This document shows positions 26,400-32,000 of a stretch of DNA of 32,000 nt, one piece after another. The notes below the pieces were generated by a model. That model worked only from the letters and a program-made list of their open reading frames with translations. It did no database searches and was not told the DNA's origin. Both the position numbers and the translations under genes were made by a program. How positions within the stretch are numbered: the first letter of the stretch is position 1; each line of letters begins with the position of its first letter. This DNA comes from Cupriavidus necator (GTDB taxonomy: Bacteria; Pseudomonadota; Gammaproteobacteria; Burkholderiales; Burkholderiaceae), in contig NZ_CP066018.1 in the NCBI RefSeq assembly GCF_016127575.1, positions 3,180,001 to 3,212,000 on the forward strand, written 5' to 3'.

Positions 26400-26684
26400 A
26401 TGACCTCACCCAAGCGATCCCACCACCACGACAGCACAGGCCACCGTTCCGCGCTGCTGCGCGCCCTGATCCCGACCTTGCTGATGATGGTCGGCGCAAG
26501 CATTTCGTTGTCGGCCAAGGCTGCACCGCGGGCCGTTGACCCGTATACCGATGGCGCGGCCAGCGCGGCGACAGCCAAGGGCCGCTTCGATGTGTACAGC
26601 GACGGCGCCCGGGTGCGTGAACCGCGCGACACGTACACGGACGGCGCGCGCAGCGAGCCACGGCCCGCTGACGCGAACGGCTGA
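26400..26684 (+). CDS. small secreted protein with three D-x-Y-(T/S)-D-G-A repeats
   Basis: 94 aa. AGGAG lies 7 nt upstream of ATG 26400. Signal peptide LLRALIPTLLMMVGASISLSAKA-AP. The mature part of about 52 aa contains DPYTDGA, DVYSDGA and DTYTDGA. High GC at third codon positions. The longer track ORF from 26133 is rejected. Confidence 0.7.
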   Translation: MTSPKRSHHHDSTGHRSALLRALIPTLLMMVGASISLSAKAAPRAVDPYTDGAASAATAKGRFDVYSDGARVREPRDTYTDGARSEPRPADANG

Positions 26685-26715
26685 GCCCCGCAGCCCACCA
26701 CCACCCATGCAGCCA

Positions 26716-29700
26716 TCACGGCCTGCCATTAGGTGTGGCAGCGCCCGGCACCGCCGCCAGGGGCCGGCGATAGCGGGACAGCCGGTCCAGCGCGAGGTAG
26801 ACCACTGGCGTGGTGAAGAGCGTCAGCGCCTGGCTGAGCAGCAGGCCGCCTACCACGGCCACGCCCAGCGGCTGGCGCAGTTCCGCGCCGGTGCCGAAGC
26901 CCAGCATCAGCGGCACCGCGCCCAGCAATGCGGCCAGCGTGGTCATCATGATCGGGCGCAAGCGTGTGAGCGCCGCCTCGTAGATCGCCTGGCCGGCGCT
27001 GATGCCGCGGGTGCGCTGCGCCGCCAGCGCAAAATCGATCAGCAGGATGCCGTTCTTCTTGACGATGCCGATCAGCAGGATCACGCCGATCAGCGCCATG
27101 ATGGAAAAGTCGAACCCGCCCAGCCACAGCAGCGCGAGCGCGCCAATGGCCGCCGACGGCAGCGTGGACAGGATCGTCAGCGGATGCGCCAGGCTTTCGT
27201 AGAGCACGCCAAGGATGATGTAGACCGCCAGCAGCGCCGCCAGGATCAGCCAGGGCTGCCCGGCCAGGGCCTCCTGGAACGCCTGGGCCGAACCCAGGAA
27301 CGTGCCCTGGATGGCGGCCGGCATGCCGATGCGCTGCCGTACCTGCTCCAGCCGTGCCACCGCATCGCCCAGCGGTGCGCCCGGCGCGAGGTTGAAAGAC
27401 AGGTTGACCGCAGGGAGCATGCCGTGGTGCAGGATCGAGACCGGCCCGGCGCCCGGCGGCGCGATGCTCGCCACCGCGGCGAGCGGCACCATCTCGCCCG
27501 ACAGCGGGGATCGCAGGCGGAACGACTGCAGCGTCTCGATATGCCCGCGCCCGTCGTCGTCGACTTCAAGCACCACCTGATACTGGTTGGTGTCGGTCTG
27601 GAACTCGTTGATCTGGCGCTGCCCGAAGGCGTTGTAGAGGGCCTCGTCGATATCGGCTGAGGTGAGACCCAGCCGCGCTGCCGCCGCGCGGTCGATGCGC
27701 ATGCGGATGACATTGGCGCCGAGCTGCAGGTCGCTGGACAGGTCGCGGTAGAGCGGCTCGCCTTGCAGCGCGCTGGTGAGCCGCTGCGACCACGCATAGA
27801 GCTCGGCGGTTTCGTTGCCCTTGAGAACGTACTGGTACTGGGCCCGCGGCTGCCCCGCGCCGATGTTGATGTCCTGTGCTGCGCGCAGGTAGAGCCGGAT
27901 GCCCGGCACCGCGGCCAGCCTGGGCCGCAGGCGGTCGATCAGGCCGCTGGCCGAGACGTCGCGGTCGGAACGGTCGTTGAGCACGATCCAGAAGCGGCCG
28001 TTGGCCAGGGTCTGGCTGCCGCCGGTCATGCCGACCGAATGGGTGACCGTCAGCACGGCCGGGTCGGCAGCGATGATGTCGGCGAGGGCGCGATGCTTGG
28101 CGACCATGTCCGCATGGGGGATATCCGCCGCCGCCTGCGAGGTGCCCAGCACGAATGCGGTGTCCTGCAGCGGGAAGAAGCCCTTGGGGATCAGCACGAA
28201 GCCTGCCACGCTGGCGCATACCGTCAGGCCGAACACCGCCAGCACGCGCGCCTGGCGCCGCAGGCACCAGCGCAGCCCGGCTGCGTAGCGCTGCCCCAGC
28301 CACGTGGACAGGTCCGCCTGGCGCGCGCCCGTATCGTGATGCGCCTTGCGCATGGCGATGCCCGCCAGCGCGGGCGCCAGCGTCAGCGACACCACCACCG
28401 AGATCAGTATCGCCATCGCCGAGGTCAGCGCGAATTCGCGGAAGAGGCGGCCCACGACCCCGGACATGAACAGCAACGGGATAAACACCGCCACCAGCGA
28501 CAGGCCGATCGACACTACCGTGGGCCCGACCTCGGCCACGCCGCGGCGCGCGGCCTCGCGCAGGCCGAGTCCGGATTCGCGGTAGCGGTGGATGTTCTCC
28601 ACCACCACGATGGCGTCGTCGACGATAAAGCCGACCGCCACCACCACCGCCACCAGCGTGAGATTGTTCAGGCTGAACCCCATCAGGTACATCGCCGCGC
28701 AGGTGGCCGCCAGCGACACGCCCAGCACCGCCGTCACGATCAGCGTGGCCGACCACTCGCGCAGGAACAGCGCCATCACGCCGATCACCAGCATCACAGC
28801 GATCAGCAGGGTCAGCTCGACCTCGTGCAGCGAGGCGCGGATGGTGCGGGTACGGTCGTTCAGGATCTCCACGCGGACATCGGCGGGCAAGGCACGCCGC
28901 AGGGACGGCAGCGCTTCGTTGATGCGATCGAAGGTCTGCACGATGTTGGCGCCGGGCTGGCGCATGACGGCGAGCGCCACGCCCGGCCGGCCATTCGGAA
29001 AGCCATTGACGTAGGCGTCTTCAGGCCCGACCGCAACCCGCGCGACGTCTTTCAGGAATACCGGGCCGCCGTTGCGCCAGGCCACGACAAGCTCGCGATA
29101 GTCGTCCGGTTCCAGCAACTGCCCATTGGTCTCCAGCGTGCTGACGCGCGCCTCGCCGTACAGCGCGCCCTTGGGCGCGTTGCGGCTGGCCGCGCGGATT
29201 GCGCCGCGGACGTCGGCCAGCGTCAGGCCCACGCCGGCCAGCGCCGCCGGCGAGGCCTGCACACGGATCGCGGGGCGGCGCAGGCCGGTGGCGTTGACCA
29301 GCCCCACGCCCGGCAGCTGCCCGAGCTGGCGCACCAGCACGCGCTCGGCGTAGTCGCTGACTTCGGTCAGCGGCAGCGTGTCAGAGGTGATGCCAAGGAT
29401 CGCCACCGGACTGTCCGCGGGATTGACCTTGCGCCAGGTCGGCATTGCCGGCATGTCCGGCGGCAGCCGGCTGGTGGCGCGGTTGATGGCCGCCTGTACC
29501 TCTTGCACGGCGCTGTCGAGCCGGGTCTCCAGCGTGAACTGCAGCACGATGGTGACCGAGCCCAGCGCACTGGTCGAAGTCATCTCGGCAATGCCGGGGA
29601 TTGCGCTGAACTGCACTTCGAGCGGTGTGGCAACCGACGAGGCAATGGTGTCCGGGCTGGCGCCGGGCAGCAGGGCGTTGACCTGGATGGTTGGCACTTC

Positions 29701-29832
29701 GGCTTCGGGCAGCGGTGCCACCGGCAGCCGGAAATATGCGGCCGCACCCAGCAGCACCAGGGCGGCAGCCAGCAAGGCGGTGCCGATCGGGTGATCGATG
29801 CACCAGCCATATAGCGAAGAGGATGATTTCAC
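26716..29832 (-). CDS. RND efflux permease, hydrophobe/amphiphile (AcrB/MdtC-like) type
   Basis: 1038 aa from GTG 29830-29832 (VKSSSSLYGWCIDHPIGTALLAAALVLLG), 1 nt after the adaptor stop. TM4 GFIVDDAIVVVENIHR is the multidrug-type motif rather than the metal-type one. The track ORF extension to 30174 overlaps the adaptor gene and is rejected. Confidence 0.9.
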   Translation of the reverse strand: MKSSSSLYGWCIDHPIGTALLAAALVLLGAAAYFRLPVAPLPEAEVPTIQVNALLPGASPDTIASSVATPLEVQFSAIPGIAEMTSTSALGSVTIVLQFTLETRLDSAVQEVQAAINRATSRLPPDMPAMPTWRKVNPADSPVAILGITSDTLPLTEVSDYAERVLVRQLGQLPGVGLVNATGLRRPAIRVQASPAALAGVGLTLADVRGAIRAASRNAPKGALYGEARVSTLETNGQLLEPDDYRELVVAWRNGGPVFLKDVARVAVGPEDAYVNGFPNGRPGVALAVMRQPGANIVQTFDRINEALPSLRRALPADVRVEILNDRTRTIRASLHEVELTLLIAVMLVIGVMALFLREWSATLIVTAVLGVSLAATCAAMYLMGFSLNNLTLVAVVVAVGFIVDDAIVVVENIHRYRESGLGLREAARRGVAEVGPTVVSIGLSLVAVFIPLLFMSGVVGRLFREFALTSAMAILISVVVSLTLAPALAGIAMRKAHHDTGARQADLSTWLGQRYAAGLRWCLRRQARVLAVFGLTVCASVAGFVLIPKGFFPLQDTAFVLGTSQAAADIPHADMVAKHRALADIIAADPAVLTVTHSVGMTGGSQTLANGRFWIVLNDRSDRDVSASGLIDRLRPRLAAVPGIRLYLRAAQDINIGAGQPRAQYQYVLKGNETAELYAWSQRLTSALQGEPLYRDLSSDLQLGANVIRMRIDRAAAARLGLTSADIDEALYNAFGQRQINEFQTDTNQYQVVLEVDDDGRGHIETLQSFRLRSPLSGEMVPLAAVASIAPPGAGPVSILHHGMLPAVNLSFNLAPGAPLGDAVARLEQVRQRIGMPAAIQGTFLGSAQAFQEALAGQPWLILAALLAVYIILGVLYESLAHPLTILSTLPSAAIGALALLWLGGFDFSIMALIGVILLIGIVKKNGILLIDFALAAQRTRGISAGQAIYEAALTRLRPIMMTTLAALLGAVPLMLGFGTGAELRQPLGVAVVGGLLLSQALTLFTTPVVYLALDRLSRYRRPLAAVPGAATPNGRP

Positions 29833-29833
29833 T

Positions 29834-31039
29834 TCAGGCTCTCGGGGCCGGGGTTGCGATCGGCACGGAGACGCGGCTGCCGGCGCGCAGCCGGGACTGG
29901 CCGTCCGACACCAGCTGGTCACCGGCGGCGACGCCCTCCAGCACGACCTGCTGGCGGTCCTGGTAGCGCACGCTGACGGGCACGATCTCCACGGTGTTGT
30001 CCGGCCTGACGCGGAACACATAAGGCTGGTCCTGTTCGCCGTAGCGCAGCACCGCGGGCCGGGCCACCAGCGCATCGCGCAGCAGCCCGGTGTGCAGCCG
30101 CACCGCGACAAACTGGCCCGGCCACAGCTCGCCGGCGCGGTTGTCGAACTCGGCCTTGACCCGGACCGCGCCATTGCCGGTGCCCACGCGGCTGTCGATC
30201 ACCAGCAGGCGCCCCTGCGCCAGCGGCGCGCCGCCGTCGCGTGCATGCGCGTGCACGGCCGCGTTCGCGCCGCCGGCGCTCAGGTGTTGCAGCACCGGCA
30301 GCGCCGACTGCGGCATGGTGAATTCCACGGTGATGGGCGACAGCTGCGTGACGGTGAAGATCCCGTCGGCATCGCCGACCCGCACCAGGTTGCCTTCATC
30401 GACGTTGCGCAAGCCGATGCGCCCGGCGATGGGCGAGCGGATGCGGGTGTATGACAGGCGCACTTCCTCGGCGACGATAGCGGCGCGGTTGCCCTGCACG
30501 GTGGCGCGCAGCTGCTCGACGGTGGCGAGCTGCTGGTCCAGCGTCTGGCGCGGGATGGCATCGGCGGCGATCAGCGTGCGGTAGCGCCCAAGGTCGAGCT
30601 CGGCCGCGCGCAGCTGCGCCAGGTTCATCGCCAGCGTGGCGCGGGCCTGACCCAGTGCGGCCTGGATCGGCCGGTCATCGAGCGAGGCCAGCAGCTCGCC
30701 GCGGGCCACCTGCTGGCCTTCGCGCACATGCAGGCGCATCAGCTGGCCGTCGATCTGCGTGCGCACCACCACGTCGCGCAAGGGCCGGACGGTGCCGACG
30801 CTTTCCGCCTGGCGGGCGACGTCGCGTGCCTCCACGCGCGCCACGCGCACAGGAACAGGCGGTGGCGGCGGTGGGGGCGCATCGGACTGGCTGCGCCGGA
30901 CCAGGCCGAGCGTGCCGAGCGCGAGCACGCAGAGCGCCGCGGCTGCAAACCACAACCGTCGCGCATAAGGCCCGAGCGCCGCGAGCAGATAGGAGGTGAG
31001 GGAGAACGCAGGCATGGCAGTCGGACCCGCCGGATCCAC
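29834..31039 (-). CDS. RND periplasmic adaptor (MdtA-like membrane fusion protein)
   Basis: 401 aa from GTG 31039, or 393 aa from ATG 31015. N-terminal TM anchor, PPPPPPPVP linker, and lipoyl/barrel motifs (VRTQIDGQLMRLHVREGQQV, IRSPIAGRIGLRNVDEGNLV). Confidence 0.85.
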   Translation of the reverse strand: MDPAGPTAMPAFSLTSYLLAALGPYARRLWFAAAALCVLALGTLGLVRRSQSDAPPPPPPPVPVRVARVEARDVARQAESVGTVRPLRDVVVRTQIDGQLMRLHVREGQQVARGELLASLDDRPIQAALGQARATLAMNLAQLRAAELDLGRYRTLIAADAIPRQTLDQQLATVEQLRATVQGNRAAIVAEEVRLSYTRIRSPIAGRIGLRNVDEGNLVRVGDADGIFTVTQLSPITVEFTMPQSALPVLQHLSAGGANAAVHAHARDGGAPLAQGRLLVIDSRVGTGNGAVRVKAEFDNRAGELWPGQFVAVRLHTGLLRDALVARPAVLRYGEQDQPYVFRVRPDNTVEIVPVSVRYQDRQQVVLEGVAAGDQLVSDGQSRLRAGSRVSVPIATPAPRA

Positions 31040-31095
31040 AAGTCATTGGCATGCTGGTTTATAGCCAACGGAGGCGGTTGGAACGGTGACGCCAG

Positions 31096-31113
31096 CCTGT
31101 CAGGGCTGTCAGG
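31096..31113. promoter_or_regulatory. tandem direct repeat CCTGTCAgg-GCTGTCAgg (9-bp phase) upstream of the adaptor-RND operon
   Basis: CTGTCAGG at 31097-31104 and 31106-31113. It lies 56 bp upstream of GTG 31039. A minus-strand TATAAA (31058-31063) sits between the repeat and the gene. Same orientation and phase as 26149-26166. Confidence 0.5.
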
Positions 31114-31294
31114 AAGGCCGCGGCGCGCGCGCATGCGGTAGTCGCAGCGTGCTTGCTGACGGCTTTGCCAGTTGCCTGTCAGCACGCCGTTGGCTGCGGG
31201 CAGCTAAGCTACGCGGTTTATCGATTGGCAGGGCCGGGCCATCATGCCCGGAATCTGGCGCACGGCAGCGACGCTGCCAGTGAGGGCAGACGAT

Positions 31295-32000
31295 GTGGAG
31301 GACAGGTTGAGATCCAACCGCAACAAGCTGAACGCAGCCAGGGCCGTGCTGGGTGCCATGGCACTGACCGTGGCAGCGTGCGCCGGCATCGGCAGCGGCG
31401 GCTCGCTGCCCGCGCGCGCGAGCTTCAGCGATTACCGTAGCGAAACCCTCAGCCAGCTGCAGGCGCGGCGCCACTTCCAGCTTGCCGACAAGGCAGCCGA
31501 ACTCGCGTGGAACGGCCCCGGCGAATGGCTGCCGGCGCTGTCCCGTGCCGGAACGAAGCCGGAGAAGGGCATCCTGCTGATCCACGGCCTTGGCGATTCG
31601 CCGTGGTCGTTCCATGACCTCGCCCGGCAGCTCGCCGCGCAGGGCTTCCTGGTCAGGACCGTGCTGCTGCCCGGTCATGGCACCCGGCCGGAGGACCTGC
31701 TGGACGTGACGCTGGAAGACTGGCAGCGCGTGGTGCGGGAGCAGGCCGAGGTGCTGCGCCGCGATGTCGGGCAGGTCTACCTGGGAGGCTTCTCCACTGG
31801 CGCCAACCTGGCACTTGAATACGCCTACGCTCACCCGGACGTGGCGGGGCTGGTGCTGTTTTCACCGGCATTCCAGTCCAACAGCCGCTACGACTGGCTG
31901 ACCCCGCTGATTGGCTGGATCCGCCCATGGCTGCTGGAGCCGGACGGGCGCCGGCCGATGCAGAACGCCGTGCGCTACATGACGGTGCCAACCAACGGCT
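31295..32000 (+). CDS. alpha/beta-fold serine hydrolase, probable lipoprotein (5' part, runs off the window)
   Basis: Open frame with no stop from 31244 to the window end, so it is absent from the ORF track. GTG 31295 has GAGGG 8 nt upstream; ATG 31244 is an alternative start. Lipobox-like LTVAA-C. HGLGDSP oxyanion motif and GFSTGA nucleophile elbow. Confidence 0.7.
   Translation, partial: MEDRLRSNRNKLNAARAVLGAMALTVAACAGIGSGGSLPARASFSDYRSETLSQLQARRHFQLADKAAELAWNGPGEWLPALSRAGTKPEKGILLIHGLGDSPWSFHDLARQLAAQGFLVRTVLLPGHGTRPEDLLDVTLEDWQRVVREQAEVLRRDVGQVYLGGFSTGANLALEYAYAHPDVAGLVLFSPAFQSNSRYDWLTPLIGWIRPWLLEPDGRRPMQNAVRYMTVPTNG

Noticed and set aside
27763-29814. 683-aa ORF antisense to the RND permease. 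Also 26536-27660 and 27566-28756.
   Set aside because: Antisense or out-of-frame artefacts with low-complexity Arg/Gly/His/Asp content.
1-32000. Search for CRISPR arrays, IS elements, integrases, phage or defence-system genes, rRNA and tRNA.
   Set aside because: I saw no regularly spaced repeats, no transposase- or recombinase-like ORFs and no terminal inverted repeats. Every large ORF is accounted for by transport, resistance, regulatory or metabolic families.

Overview
This is a visibly GC-rich betaproteobacterial segment. I judge it Cupriavidus/Ralstonia-like only from my recollection of PhaB, phasin and Cus/Sil protein sequences. I found no rRNA, tRNA, CRISPR array, transposase or integrase.

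The window is a patchwork of metal(loid)-resistance modules interleaved with phosphate and PHB genes:
1. A minus-strand Cu/Ag RND operon, cusD-like-cusC-cusB-cusA-cusF (1503-8315). Its left border holds a decayed LysR gene and two orphan small ORFs.
2. Two tandem PhoA-family alkaline phosphatases plus an unknown secreted His-rich protein (8543-12205).
3. An arsR-arsI-arsC-arsC-acr3 operon, a second convergent arsR, and a YciI-like gene (12324-16254).
4. A CPC-type P1B Cu/Ag ATPase behind a CueR/MerR-style promoter with a 19-bp spacer (16521-18960).
5. A phasin gene and an acetoacetyl-CoA reductase gene (19325-20869).
6. An ABCD-type ABC half-transporter with a divergent LysR regulator (21056-23981).
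7. A heavy-metal-family two-component system, a divergent small secreted protein with three D-x-Y-T/S-D-G-A repeats, and an adaptor+RND pair with no outer-membrane factor (24000-31039).
8. The 5' part of a lipoprotein-type alpha/beta hydrolase that runs off the window and is absent from the ORF track.

The best candidate for an undescribed system is module 7. The same tandem CTGTCA direct repeat, with 9-bp phasing, sits at a similar distance upstream of both the response-regulator operon and the pump operon. This suggests one regulon that also includes the repeat peptide. All functional calls come from motif recognition by eye, and no database search was possible.
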